Positions 9,898-22,894 of a DNA stretch of 64,000 nt are shown one piece after another (position 1 is the first letter of the stretch; the number at the start of each line of letters is the position of its first letter). The position numbers and the translations under genes were made by a program. Origin of the DNA: Macrostomum lignano (taxonomy: Eukaryota); assembly GCA_002269645.1 (NCBI GenBank), contig NIVC01001917.1, forward strand, positions 157,942 to 221,941, written 5' to 3'. The notes beneath the pieces are model-generated. The model was given only the letters and a program-made list of their open reading frames with translations. It was not told the DNA's origin and ran no database searches.

Positions 9898-12800
9898 GTA
9901 CAGTGCCCATCTGCGGCCTGCTGTCTGGTGGCAGCCGGCACGCACTGCGGGGCGTCCACGCCAGCCTGTGCCGCAACCAGGTGCCGCTGGTGCTCATCAA
10001 AGGAACCGGCGGCCTCGCCGACCTTCTAGCCGTCCTCATCGATGACCTCGCCGAAGTTGAGCACGCTAAGCACAAGAAGAAGAACATCGAACGCGAGCAG
10101 GACATTCTCGAGTTCAACCGGCTGCGCAACCTCATGCTGGACATCTGGACCCTGCCGCTGGGCACGGATCTCGACCGGGAGGTGGCCACGCTTGTCGACA
10201 TACTCCGCCGGAAGCAGAGCATCGAGATCTTCAGCCTTGACGAGGACGCGCCGTCGGATTTGGACGCGAAAATTCTGGCCTCTCTGCTCAACTCGGCCGG
10301 CACCGACGGCCACGAAGAGTCGGAGCGGTTCAACAAAGCGCAGCTGAAGATCGCCCTGGCACTGGATCGCAGCGACGTCGCCAAGCAGAAAGTGTTCGGC
10401 GAGAACAAGAAATGGCGCAAAGGCGACCTGGACAACTTCATGCGAGACGCGCTGCGGGACAACAAGGTGGCCTTCGTGAAGCTGTTTGTACAGCAGGGCT
10501 TCAGCCTGGAGCAGTTCGTCACCATCCAGCTGCTGGAGGATTTGTACACCGAGGATGTCACAACTGGGGTGGGTTTACGAACGCGTGGACCCCTGGAACT
10601 GCTCCCAGTATTGCTAGATAATAGCTGTGAACAGACAGTTCAAACTTAGTCAAACAATAATAGTCCGATAAGCAGAAACTTCTCGCTCTGTTCTTTTTTG
10701 TGCCAGAAGGACAGACTAATGCCTTTCTGACTTGAATACAAAATTTGCAATAAAAGTTGTTGCAAAAAATTTCAGAGTCAAACAATTGGAATCCTGAGAA
10801 ACGGACTGCAGGCTGCGGTCGGGAAGACGGTACGAATTTTTTCCTAATCTTGTTTGATAGTCACTCTATCGGCATGAAATCTGAAGGAAAAGTGCAGTTT
10901 CCACTCTAGATTCTAAGTCTACAACTCCATGGTTTAGTCAGCAGTTTCCACTCTAGATTCTAAGTCTAAAACTCCATGGTTTAGTCAGCAGTTTCCACTC
11001 TAGATTCTAAGTCTACAACTCCATGGTTTAGTCAGCAGTTTCCACTCTAGATTCTAAGTCTAAAACTCCATGGTTTAGTCAGCAGTTTCCGCTCTAGACT
11101 CTAAGTCTAAAACTCCATGGTTTAGTCAGCAGTTTCCACTCTAGATTCTAAGTCTAAAACTCCATGGTTTAGTCAGCAGTTTCCACTCTAGATTCTAGGT
11201 CTAAAACTCCATGGTTTAGTCAGCAATTTCTATTCCAGATTTCTAGATCTAAAAATCTACGGTTTCGAAGCTTTTCACTCCAGATTTTGTCACGAACTTC
11301 ATACTCACCTAGTATTCTCCTGTTATTCCAGGGGGTCGTTAACGTCACCATGGAAGACATTGGCAGAGTGCTGCTGCACATGATGGGCTCATTCTACAAG
11401 CCATTCTATCTCAGCAAAGAGTTTCAGAGAGACTTTCGAATTGGCGGTGAGTGACAAATTAAATTTTCTTTGTTGCTAAGTTAGTAAATATAATTAAAGT
11501 CATAAAGGCGGTACAGCATCTAATCGACTTCCATTGCAGATTCGGCCAAAGGCAAACACGGTCTTGGCTTTAGTAATGCCGCCTATGTTAAATTCAGCTC
11601 GAACGAGATTGACAGAAAAACATCTGGTAGGTTTGAGCGACGGCAAACTACGGATAAATGATGACCCACAGTGGAAGGTGCAGATGACCCACAGTGGAAG
11701 GTGCAGATGACCCACAGTGGAAGGTGCAGATGACCCACAGTGGAAGGTGCAGATGACCCACAGTGGAAGGTGCAGATGACCCACAGTGGAAGGTGCAGAT
11801 GACCCATAATGGAAGGTGCAGATGGCCCACAGTGGAAGGTGCAGATGACCCACAGTGGAAGGTGCAGATGACCCACAGTGAAATGTGCAGATGACCCACA
11901 GTGAAATGTGCAGATGACCCACAGTGAAATGTGCAGATGATCCACAGTGGAAGCTGCTAACCCCGAAATGTCCCCCCCACCTAGACGCGGGCAGCCACAT
12001 CTCCATGGAGCGACCGGCGCTGGACCTGTTCACCTGGAGCCTGCTCACTCAGCGTACCGCACTGGCCGAGTTCTTCTGGAGCCTAGAGAAGGAGTGCATT
12101 GCCGGGGCGCTGTTTGCGGCCATGCTGCTCAGAGAGTCCAGAGCGTTTAGTGACGATCTCACAGAGAAAGAGCAGCTGGAGGCGTTGGCCAAGTGAGACC
12201 GGATCTCGGATCTACTCTACTCTACTCTACTCTACTCTACTCTACTCCATTCTACTCTACTCTACTCTACTCTACTCAACTCTACTCTGCTCTACTCTAC
12301 TCTACTCTACTCTACTCTACTCTACTCTACTCTACTCTACTCTACTCTACTCTACTCTACTCTACTCTACTCTACTCTACTCTACTCTACTCTATTCTAC
12401 TCTACTCTACTTCATTCTACTCTACTCTACTTTACTCTACTCTACTCTACTCTACTTTACTCTACTCTACTCTACTCTACTCTACTCTACTCTACTCTAC
12501 TCTACTCTACTCTACTCTACTCTACTCTACTCTACTCCATTCTACTCTACTCTACTTTACTTTACTCTACTCTCTACTCAGTACTCAACTTCAAATTCCA
12601 CAGCGCATTCGAGGCCCGAGCCGAAGGCGTCCTCGAGGAGTGCTACCGAGACAACCAGAGCAACACCCAGGAGAACCTGGTCCGCGAGCTGCCCTTCTAC
12701 GGCCAGAGCACCTGTTTCGTGCTGGCTGCCGAAGGCGGCTCAATCAAGTTCATCTCCCATCGCTGCTGCCAGGAGATGCTGGACATCATCTGGAAAGGCA

Positions 12801-15800
12801 ATTTGTCCACGAAGAAGAACAGCTCGCTTAGGGTGAGGCTGGCAGCTGCAGAGTGGGATATCGCTTCCGACATTGTAACGTTTCAAATTTTCGGTCTTCG
12901 GGCACTGCCGCAAATCAAGGCAGCGGTCGATGCAGTCATGCACGCCCCATTCTGCTGAGCCATGAGCACGCATTTTGAGGGTGCTTGAGTAGCTGAGATG
13001 TCAATACTCATAAGGGGATTGCTGAAATGCTGTGGCTCATGGGGGGCAGTATCAAATCGACCGTTGAGCTACTCTGAGTCATAAAAAAACTTTTTAACTG
13101 CTCAACTAACGCAGTTTTTTTGCGGTCTCGGCTGCGGCCTCGCCTGCCCTCCGCTGCTGGCGCTGGTGATCAAGTTCAGCTGCGACGAGCTCGATGGCGT
13201 CGGCAGCTCGCCCAAACGCCCCTCTGAGACCTCCGGCGGCGGCTCAGCCGGTGCCGCCAGACGGAAAAGCATCGCCGCCGCCGCAGCGGCCGCCACGGCG
13301 ACTGGGCGAAAGTCGGGCTTAAAGAAAAACAAAGTAGACCCGGAGACTGGAGACCGGCTGCCTGACAGGTGATGAGGAGAGTCACGGAGTTGGGATATAG
13401 GCACATTGGGATATAGGCACATTGGGATATAGGCACATTGGGATATAGGCACATTGGGATATAGGCACATTGGGATATAGGCACATTGGGATATAGGCAC
13501 ATTGGGATATAGGCACATTGGGATATAGGCACATTGGGATATAGGCACATTGGGATATAGGCACATTGGGATATAGGCACATTGGGATATAGGCACATTG
13601 GGATATAGGCACATTGGGATATAGGCACATTGGGATATAGGCACATTGGGATATAGGCACATTGGGATATAGGCACATTGGGATATAGGCACATTGGGAT
13701 ATAGGCACATTGGGATATAGGCACATTGGGATATAGGCACATTGGGATATAGGCACATTGGGATATAGGCACATTGGGATATAGGCACATTGGGATATAG
13801 GCACATTGGGATATAGGCACATTGGGATATAGGCACATTGGGATATAGGCACATTGGGATATAGGCACATTGGGATATAGGCACATTGGGATATAGGCAC
13901 ATTGGGATATAGGCACATTGGGATATAGGCACATTGGGATATAGGCACATTGGGATATAGGCACATTGGGATATAGGCACATTGGGATATAGGCACATTG
14001 GGATATAGGCACATTGGGATATAGACACATTGGGATATAGGCACATTGGGATATAGACACATTGGGATATAGGCACATTGGTGGGAAGCAGACATATTGG
14101 GAAGCAGATACATTGGTGGGAAGCAGACACATTGGGAAGCAGACACATTGGGAAGCAGACACATTGGTGGGAAGCAGACACATTGGGAAGCAGACACATT
14201 GGGAAGCAGACACACTGGGAAGCAGACACATTGAGCAATGAACAAAGAAATCCCTGATTTGCCTTCTCTGTCATTATGTCAAAATTTCTAAATCCTACAA
14301 ACCGACAGAATTATAACTGGATTTGTTTCAACCAAAACCATGATTCGCAGAAGTCGCCGCTGCCGTTGCCTGTCGCCCCGAGAATTCGCAACCCGCATTC
14401 TGGATTTCTACTTCGCTCCGGTGGTTCGATTCATTTACTCTACTGTGAGTAGTGCAGTGAAGGAATTCTTCTACTGACAAGATTTAAAGAGCGAAATGTT
14501 TTGAAATTTTATTACGCTCGTAAAATGAGATTTGACGCTATTTACTATAACAAAAATTGATGGGTAATATGTTTCGAAACTTTAAAATATCGAAACGTCA
14601 TAAACTCGACATTTTTTTATTGTCGACGCTCGTGACGTTTTTGAAGTTTACAGTCTTCGAGCTTGTGTTGTTTTAAACTTGTGAATCTTCGAGCTTGTGT
14701 TGTTTTAAACTTGTGAGTCTTCGAGCTTGTGTTGTTTTAAACTTGTGAATCTTCGAGCTTGTGTTGTTTTAAACTTGTGAGTCTTCGAGCTTGTGTTGTT
14801 TTAAACTTGTGAATCTTCGAGCTTGTGTTGTTTTAAACTTGTGAGTCTTCGAGCTTGTGTTGTTTTAAACTTGTGAGTCTTCGGGCTTGTGTTGTTTTAA
14901 ACTTGTGAGTCTTCGGGCTTGTGTTGTTTTAAACTTGTGAGTCTTCGGGGTTGTGTTGTTTTAAACTTGTGAGTCTTCGAGCTTGTGTTGTTTTAAACTT
15001 GTGAGTCTTCGAGCTTGTGTTGTTTTAAACTTGTGAGTCTTCGAGCTTGTGTTGTTTTAAACTTGTGAGTCTTCGAGCTTGTGTTGTTTTAAACTTGTGA
15101 GTCTTCGAGCTTGTGTTGTTTTAAACTTGTGAGTCTTCGAGCTTGTGTTGTTTTAAACTTGTGAGTCTTCGAGCTTGTGTTGTTTTAAACTTGTGAGTCT
15201 TCGAGCTTGTGTTGTTTTAAACTTGTGAGTCTTCGAGCTTGTGGAGTTTCTAGTTTGTGAAGCTTCGAGCTTGTGATGTTTTGATCTTGTGAAATTTCGA
15301 GCTTGTGATGTTTTGATCTTGTGAAATTTCGAGCTTGTGATGTTTTGATCTTGTAAAATTTCGAGCTTGTGATGTTTTGATCTTGTGAAGTTTCGAGCTT
15401 GTGATGTTTTGATCTTGTAAAATTTTGAGCTTGTGATGTTTTGATCTTGTGAAGTTTCGAGCTTGTGATGTTTTGATCTTGTGAAGTTTCGAGCTTGTGA
15501 TGTTTTGATCTTGTAAAGTTTCGAGCTTGTGATGTTTTGATCTTGTGAAATTTTGAGCTTGTGATGTTTTGGTCTTGTGAAATTTCGAGCTTGTGAAATT
15601 TCGAGCTGATGGAGTTTCGAGCTTGTGAAGTTTCGAGCTTGTGAAATTTCGAGCTTGTGAACTTTCGAGCATTCAAAAATTTTCATAATTTGACGGGCTG
15701 CACCCTCTTTAACGCTAGTCTTACACGCACTTCGCACGCAGCTGGCGTACCTGATCTTCCTGGGAATTTACTCCTACGTCATGCTATTCCTATTCGACAA

Positions 15801-18800
15801 CGGCATGGACAACTGGTCGGCGATCCACCTGCTGCTCCTAGTCTGGGTGGTGTCCCTCGGCCTTGAGGAGATCCGTCAGGCCGCCCTGTCCGGGACCTCG
15901 TTCCGGTCGTACGTGTCGGACATGTGGAACATCATGGACATTATGGCCGTGCTGCTGTTCCTCATCGGCAGCTGTTTCTTCATAATGCGATCGATGGACA
16001 GCGTGGTGCAGCAGCTGTTCGTCACCGGCACTGACGTTGCCGCGTTGAAGAGCGCCAAGGAGACGCTGATCCGGTTGAGCAGAATCTGCCTGTGCATAGC
16101 GCTCTTCATCTTCTATATTCGTATACTGCAGGTGTTCTCCATTCACGTCAGCTTGGGCCCCAAAGTTGTCATGATTCAAAATATGGTGAGTGCTGCGCTA
16201 ATGCTGGTTGCTGCAATCTGAACAGATCATAAACAGTTAGATAAGTTGAGTCATAGACTAATTGAGTCATAGACAAATTGAGTCATAGAAACACTGAATA
16301 ATAAACAAATTGAGTCATAGACCAATTAGATAATAAATTGAGCCATAGACACATTGAGTTATAGACAAATTAGTTAATAGATAAATTGAGTCATAGACCC
16401 ATTGAGTCATAGATAAGTCATAGACATTGAGTCGTAGACAAGTCATAGACACTGAGTCGTAGATAAGTCATAGACATTGAGTCGTAGAAAAGTCATCGAC
16501 ATTGAGTCATAGACACATTAGTTAATAAATCAAATGAGTCATAGACAGATTTAGTCAGAGGTACGTTAGGCATTAGATTAATTTAATCATGGACGTATTG
16601 GATCAATTAGGTAATAGATTAGATTAGATAATTGACAAATTACGTCAAAGACACATTAAGTCATTAAAGCATATGTCATAGACACATTGGTTCACAGAAA
16701 TATTGGATCATAGAAATACTGAGTCATAGAAAAAAGGTCATAGACACATTAGGTAATAGATTAATTTAGTCATAGAAACATTGGGTAATAGATAAATTGA
16801 GTCCGACACATGAGTCATAGACACATTGAGTCATAGACACATTGAGTCATAGAAAAATCAAGTCATAGACACATTGAGTCATAGACACATTGAGTCATAG
16901 ACACATTGAGTCATAGACACATTGAGTCATAGACACATTGAGTCATAGAAAAATCAAGTCATAGACACATGAGTCATAGACACATTGAGTCATAGACACA
17001 TTGAGTCATAGAAAAATCAAGTCATAGACACATTGAGTCATAGACACATTGAGTCATAGACACATTGAGTCATAGAAACATCAAGTCATGGACATATTGA
17101 GTCATTAAAACTGGGTTATAGACACAAAATAACTCTAAATGAGTACATAAGCTCGTAAGATTCCTGAGATTCCTTCGTCCAAATCCCCTGGCGTTGCGCA
17201 CAGATCGTCAAAGACCTGCTGCCATTTCTGGTCATCTTTCTGCTGTTTATCCTGGCCTACGCCATCATGTGGTCCAGCATCCTGTTCCCTAAGAGCAGCC
17301 TGTCAATCGCCGAGTCAATGAGCGAACTTATGGCAATAATGAAGACGTCATATTTTCAGGTGTTCGGCGAACTCAAAGTGGATATGATGTCTGGGGATGG
17401 TGAGCCACTTCTAGATTATTAATTTACGAGCGTAATTAGCTGGAAACAAAGCAAACCAATTTTATAATCCATTCCGAATTTCCCCTTTCAGTGACTACTT
17501 TAAGTAAGTGATTTTCTATATGTAAATAAAAAGCATGAATATTATTTGTACGATTGCCACGATAACAAGGATAATCAGCTAGAGACAGGGGCATCACACT
17601 GAGATGACAAAGATAATCAGCTAGAGACAGGGGCATCACACTGAGATGACAAAGATAATCATGCTAGTGACAGGAGCAGCACACTGAGAAAACAAAGATA
17701 ATCATGCTAGTGACAGGAGCATCACACTGAGATGACAAAGATAATCATGCTAGTGACAGGGGCATCACACTGAGATGACAAAGATAATCATGCTAGTGAC
17801 AGGAGCATCACACTGAGAAAACAAAGATAATCATGCTAGTGACAGGAGCATCACACTGAGAAAACAATGATAATCATGCTAGTGATAGGGGCATCACACT
17901 GAGAAAACAAAGATAATGATGCTAGTGATAGGGGCATCACACTGAGATAACAAAGATAATGATGCTAGTGACAGGAGTATCACACTGAGAAAACAAAGAT
18001 AATCATGCTAGTGACAGGGGCATCACACTGAGAAAACAATGATAATCATGCTAGTGACAGGGGCATCACACTGAGATAACAAAGAGATAATCACGCTATA
18101 TGTACTATCACAAAGATAGTACAAATAGTCACCGAATTTATCTTACCCACTCAACATTCCAAACTGACTGATAACGCCAAATAATTTATTTCTAAGCCGA
18201 CCAGTGCAAAACCTCAAGCGTGGGCTGTCCAGACATCTGGGGCAAATGGCTGGCACCGATTCTGCTAGGAGTTCACATTGTGCTCACCAATGTGCTCCTG
18301 CTCAACCTGCTGATCGCAACGTTTTCGTGAGTTTTCTATTGTGGATAGCTTACCCCCCATTATGGATAGCCTACCCTCATTGTGGATAGCCTACCCCCGG
18401 CCCCATTATGGATAGACTACCCCCCTCCCCATTGTGGATAGCCTACCCCCCATTGTGGATAGCCTACCCCCATTGTGGATAGCCTACCCTCATTGTGGAT
18501 AGCCTAACCTCATTGTGGATAGCCTACCCCCGGCCCCATTATGGATAGCCTACCCCCCATTGTGGATAGCTTACCCCCCATTGTGGATAGCCTACCCTCA
18601 TTGTGGATAGCCTACCCTCATTGTGGATAGCCTACCCCCCATTGTGGATAGCCTACCCCCATTATTGATAGCCTACCCTCATTGTGGATAGCCTACCCCC
18701 CACTGTGGATAGCCTACCCCCATTGTGGATAGCCTACCCCATTGTGGATAGCCGCAGACACTCCTACCCCCCCCCATCCATTCTGGATAACCCCCACTCA

Positions 18801-21800
18801 ATGCCGCAGACACGTTACTAAAGCCACCAACACTCCACCAACACAACCAGGCACACCTACGAGGAGATACAGAGCTCCAGCACACAGCACTGGACCCTGC
18901 AGCGGTACATGATCATGCGAGAATACACCGAACGCAGTCCGATAGCTCCGCCTCTAATTATAGTGTGGCACCTGGTCTTTGTACTGTACGTGCTCGTGCA
19001 GCGCTGTCGCGGACATCGGGTATTCGAAAACGGACCATTTAGTAAGTGCTTGGGTCGAGGTTACTGTTACTAAGGTGACAGTAGCAGCACTGTTTACTAC
19101 TAATATTCCCAACCTTTTGTGCATCAAAATATCAACCAGTGATACTACGAGTAGACTGCCAGATATATCACTTTCAAGTAAAGTTGTTGAAAAGCATAAC
19201 GTCTACTCTTTTTTCAGTAGTTTTCTGCACATTGGCACCTAAAGTTGATGTGGCAGCTAAAATTTCCTTCCTTCCTCCGGGTTTTCGGCCTCAGGAGCGT
19301 ACGGGGCATTTAACTCTATGTACACAAGTAAACACAGGACGGACGAAACTCAGCCTAGGGGGCAGGCCCAATCTACTTGTAGCTCAGCCAATGAGAGAAC
19401 AGTAAGGATCGAGAGAGGTCAAAGTTAGACGGACGAAGCCCAGCTTAGAGAGGGGGCCCAATCTGGCTCAGCCAATCAGAGAACAGTAAGATAGAGGTTA
19501 AAGTCAGACTAAGTAGCTTACCCAGACTGAGGGATCCTTGATTCGGAAAATTAAGCTTCCAATACAGACGCCTAGCTTTTAGACGTCTATGGCCAACAAT
19601 CTCAATATTCCAGAGCGCAGTTACTCTGGCAACAGGCAGCGAGAGCGTCAGCTGATGCAGTGGGAGCACATTCGTGCCGTTGAGTTTCTGCGCGGCCAGG
19701 ACGATCCGAAACGACGGCGCAAGTCGGACACCAGGACCATTGTCCGGGCTGGCGGGGTGGGCGGCAACGCCACCAACATGAAGAAGGAGCTGGACTCAGT
19801 TCAGGAAGGCCTTGGCGACCTGTTTCGCGATTCGATTCGCGAAGTCGAGGTGAATGTGAAGCGAATCGATAATGTTGAGCGACGGCTTGAGGAGCTGGCG
19901 GAGATGGTGGCCAATCTGGCCAAATCTATGGGTGAGAAGCATTACGAGGTGAGTCCGGGACTCGAGCCTGTGTTTCTAAGGATTGTGTCAGCTGGTTAGT
20001 GTCGGAGCTGTTGTGTCTGTTCTAGTGACTGTTGTGTCTGTTCTAGTGACTGTTGTGTCTGTTCTAGTGTCTCTCTGTTGTGTCTGTTCTAGTGACTGTT
20101 GTGTCTGTTCTAGTGTCTCTCTGTTGTGTCTGTTCTAGTGACTGTTGTGTCTGTTCTAGTGTCTCTCTGGTGTGTCTGTTCTAGTGACTGTTGTGTCTGT
20201 TCTAGTGTCTCTCTGGTGTGTCTGTTCTAGTGACTGTTGTGTCTGATCTAGTGTCTGTTGTGTCTGTTCTAGTGTCTCTCTGTTGTGTCTGTTCTAGTGA
20301 CTGTTGTGTCTGATCTAGTCTGTTGTGTCTGTTCTAGTGACTGTTGTGTCTGATCTAGTCTGTTGTGTCTGTTCTAGTGACTGTTGTGTCTGTTCTAGTG
20401 TCTCTCTGTTGTGTCTGTTCTAGTGACTGTTGTGTCTGATCTAGTGACTGGTGTGTCTGTTCTAGTGTCTCTCTGTTGTGTCTGTTCTAGTGACTGTTGT
20501 GTCTGTTCTAGTGACTGTTGTGTCTGTTCTAGTGACTGTTGTGTCTGTTCTAGTGTCTCTCTGGTGTGTCTGTTCTAGTGACTGTTGTGTCTGTTCTAGT
20601 GACTGTTGTGTCTGTTCTAGTGACTGTTGTGTCTGTTCTAGTGTCTCTGTTGTGTCTGTTCTAGTGACTGTTGTGTCTGTTCTAGTGACTGTTGTGTCTG
20701 TTCTAGTGACTGTTGTGTCTGTTCTAGTGACTGTTGTGTCTGTTCTAGTGACTGTTGTGTCTGTTCTAGTGACTGTTGTGTCTGTTCTAGTGACTGTTGT
20801 GTCTGTTCTAGTGACTATTGTGTCTCTTCTAGTGACAGTTGTGTCTGTTCTAGTGTCTGCTGTGTCTGTTCTAGTGTCTGTTGTGTCTGTTCTAGTGACT
20901 GTTGTGTCTGTTCTAGTGTCTGTTGTGTCTGTTCTAGTGACTGTTGTGTCTGTTCTAGTGACTGTTGTGTCTGATCTAGTGTCTGTTGTGTCTGTTCTAG
21001 TGTCTCTCTGGTGTGTCTGTTCTAGTGTCTGTTGTGTCTGTTCTTGTGACTGTTGGGTCTATTTCAGTATATTTTTTGTCTAATTTCTAGACTTTCTGTT
21101 GCTGTGAAGAATCAAAATGCTATTGAATAGCTGCTTGCATTATTCAGTTGGTTACAAACTCAGCCTTCGCAAATGCATGCTCACGATCGGATTCTGATCC
21201 CTCCCCCCCCAGATGGTGACCATCATCCAGCACCAGTACGAGCAGTCCGAGGAGCGCACCCGTCGCCAGGCCATGACGCTGTCCGGAGGCTCTCGCAGCG
21301 ATCGCCGGACCACATCGCAGCCGGTCGCGGTGGACGACGACTTGAGCGTCCATCTGGGCAGCGAGGACTCGACCGAGGAGGAGCAGCGGCCGCGAGTTTG
21401 GCGCGGCAAACTGCAGCACCACCAGCTGGCCAGGCTAGTGCCGTACCAGCTGGACTCCGGCTCGGCCAGAGTGGCCGAGATGCCTGAAGTCTGGAGCAGC
21501 TCCGACTGGCCGGACAGAGCCGAGGCGGCCGGAGCTTTTAACGGATTCGACTCGAGCAGCGGGTTCCACAGGGGCTCGCATGCTGGGCGGTAAGACATTT
21601 CGTCCCGAGTGGTACAGTGACACTTTGTCCCAGGGAAATCGGACATTTCGTCCCGAGTGGTACAGTGACACTTTGTCCCAGGGAAATCGGACATTACGTC
21701 CCAGACTTACTGGAACATATCTTCCGAGGGGCAATCGGACACTTTCGTCCCAGGGGCATTTGAAAATTTTTGGCGAAGACCAAATTTGTGCATAGCGGCG

Positions 21801-22873
21801 AAATTTAAATGCACAATGGTAGAAAATGTAGTGACTACATTGTGAATGTATTTCACAATTATAATAATTGAGAATGAAGTGTCGATGGATTACCATTTGA
21901 AGTTATTAAATTTTATAATCAGAAATATCAACACCATCGCTAGCAAAAGAAGATGCAGCTACTCAGTTTCACTTTTACAGGAATCAGCTAATTTAATATT
22001 TTTAACCGACTGTTTCTTTAGTGCTCATTTGTCATTCGTTTTGAATTTAGACGATGTCAGAGTTAAACAAAATATATCAATAAATATAATATACATGAGC
22101 CTCTTTGAGTTAATTAAAACTAAGTCAGTAATTTGAAGCAGAAATTGAAAGCAAATTTCAACAAGAAGTTGGAACCCCACCCACCGCCGCCGCCACCCAG
22201 CTACGTGACTGACGAGGCCGGCCGCCCGATGAACCCCAGCGGCAAGCCGGGGGCACCGGACCGCAACCGGCTGCCGCTGTGGGGTCCCAACCACTGCCTC
22301 CACTTGGCCGTCACTCGTTGGCGACGAGACGATCGTCAGAACATCGCCAAGAAGGCTGGACGGCCGGTGCTGCAGGTTGCGGCGGTGCTGGACCGTCGGG
22401 GCGGCATGCAGCTGCCGTGGTATCACGTCAAGCACTGCCTGCCGAGCTGTATCGGTCCAGCCTCCGTGTCAGCTTCATCGGCTTCTTCGTCGACAGTTGG
22501 CCAGTGCGGCCTGCAGAACCTGCTGCGGGCCTGGCTGCGGGAGCGCATCGAGGCTCTGGACGCTGGCAGGCTGGGCGCCAAACGGCTGCACATTCAGCAG
22601 GAGGCGGTCACCGCCGCGGCCTGCAGCACAGTGTACACCGGCTTGCTCGACGACAGGGTGAACGGCGACAACGCCTGGCTGGAGACCGACTTGGTTAATT
22701 TGCACGAACACTTCAATTATAATTTTGAAGACGACGTTGTGACCGAGTGCCTGCGCGAGGGCGGCAGCGGCGAGCGGGTTGCCTGGATCGACGTGGCCAA
22801 TCGGAGGCTGATGCGACAGTCGCACAACACTCTGCTGCGGCTGGTGGCGCAGCAGCACGGAGCGTACTTTTGA
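9898..22873 (+). CDS. TRPM: TRPM2-like cation channel (MHR, six TM, TRP box, coiled coil, NUDT9-H); 5' exons not found in the window
   Basis: Phase-consistent GT-AG exons: 9898(approx)-10568, 11332-11446, 11540-11626, 11985-12192, 12604-12832, 13115-13368, 14351-14444, 15742-16185, 17204-17399, 18197-18326, 18851-19041, 19614-19948, 21213-21589, 22201-22873 (~1333 aa). Motifs: LKIALALDRSD, CCQEMLDIIWKG, DFYFAPVVRF, EEIRQ/WNIMD, LGPKVVMIQNM, YFQVFGE, LLNLLIATFS, WTLQRY, WGPNH, NGDNAWLET. Confidence 0.93.
10898..11270. repeat. 47-bp intronic minisatellite, ~8 copies
   Basis: TTTCCACTCTAGATTCTAAGTCTAAAACTCCATGGTTTAGTCAGCAG with 47-bp spacing. Confidence 0.95.
11660..11952. repeat. 23-bp intronic minisatellite
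   Basis: GATGACCCACAGTGGAAGGTGCA, ~13 copies. Confidence 0.95.
12211..12578. repeat. (TCTAC)n microsatellite
   Basis: About 70 pentamers filling the intron. Confidence 0.98.
13390..14232. repeat. 16-bp intronic minisatellite TTGGGATATAGGCACA, changing to TTGGGAAGCAGACACA at the 3' end
   Basis: About 40 near-perfect copies, then a variant block from ~14080. Confidence 0.98.
14650..15670. repeat. 32-bp intronic minisatellite in two variant blocks, ending in 16-bp monomers
   Basis: TTCGAGCTTGTGTTGTTTTAAACTTGTGAGTC, then TTCGAGCTTGTGATGTTTTGATCTTGTGAAAT, then TTCGAGCTTGTGAAAT. Confidence 0.96.
16245..17105. repeat. Degenerate 16-bp minisatellite GACACATTGAGTCATA
   Basis: Most regular at 16800-17090. 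The units contain TGAGTCA. Confidence 0.9.
17565..18090. repeat. 43-bp intronic minisatellite, ~12 copies
   Basis: CAAAGATAATCATGCTAGTGACAGG(G/A)GCATCACACTGAGATGA. Confidence 0.95.
18338..18755. repeat. 21-22 bp intronic minisatellite CATTGTGGATAGCCTACCCCC
   Basis: Begins ~10 nt after the donor at 18327. Confidence 0.95.
19995..21050. repeat. 21-bp intronic minisatellite TGTTGTGTCTGTTCTAGTGAC
   Basis: Explains the VTVVSVL periodic ORF at 20478. Confidence 0.96.
21213..22873 (+). other. NUDT9-homology domain of the TRPM gene, with a degenerate Nudix box
   Basis: HHQLARLVPY, FNGFD..RGSHAGR|YVTDEAGRPMNPSG, WGPNH..VTRW and VYTGLLDDRVNGDNAWLET all align by eye to NUDT9. There is no GGxxxxGE or REFxEE. 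Confidence 0.85.
21594..21755. repeat. 48-bp repeat, ~3 copies, starting at the splice donor
   Basis: GGACATTTCGTCCCGAGTGGTACAGTGACACTTTGTCCCAGGGAAATC. Confidence 0.9.
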
Positions 22874-22894
22874 GAGCTGGGGCACGAGTTTGGT

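Noticed and set aside
9824-10561. Long antisense ORFs over GC-rich exons (also 3236-4172, 22475-22885, 33397-34088 and 45065-45650)
   Set aside because: These are shadows of biased codon usage on the coding strand, with no motifs or splice support.
11948-11984. Apparent TRPM frameshift in the C7 run
   Set aside because: The acceptor CCCACCTAG at 11984 gives the required phase-1 in-frame join, so no frameshift is needed.
22133-22200. ORF extension KQKLKANFNKKLEPHPPPPPP as TRPM coding sequence
   Set aside because: The acceptor at 22200 fits phase 2 and restores the NUDT9-like SHAGR-YVTD..PMNP spacing.
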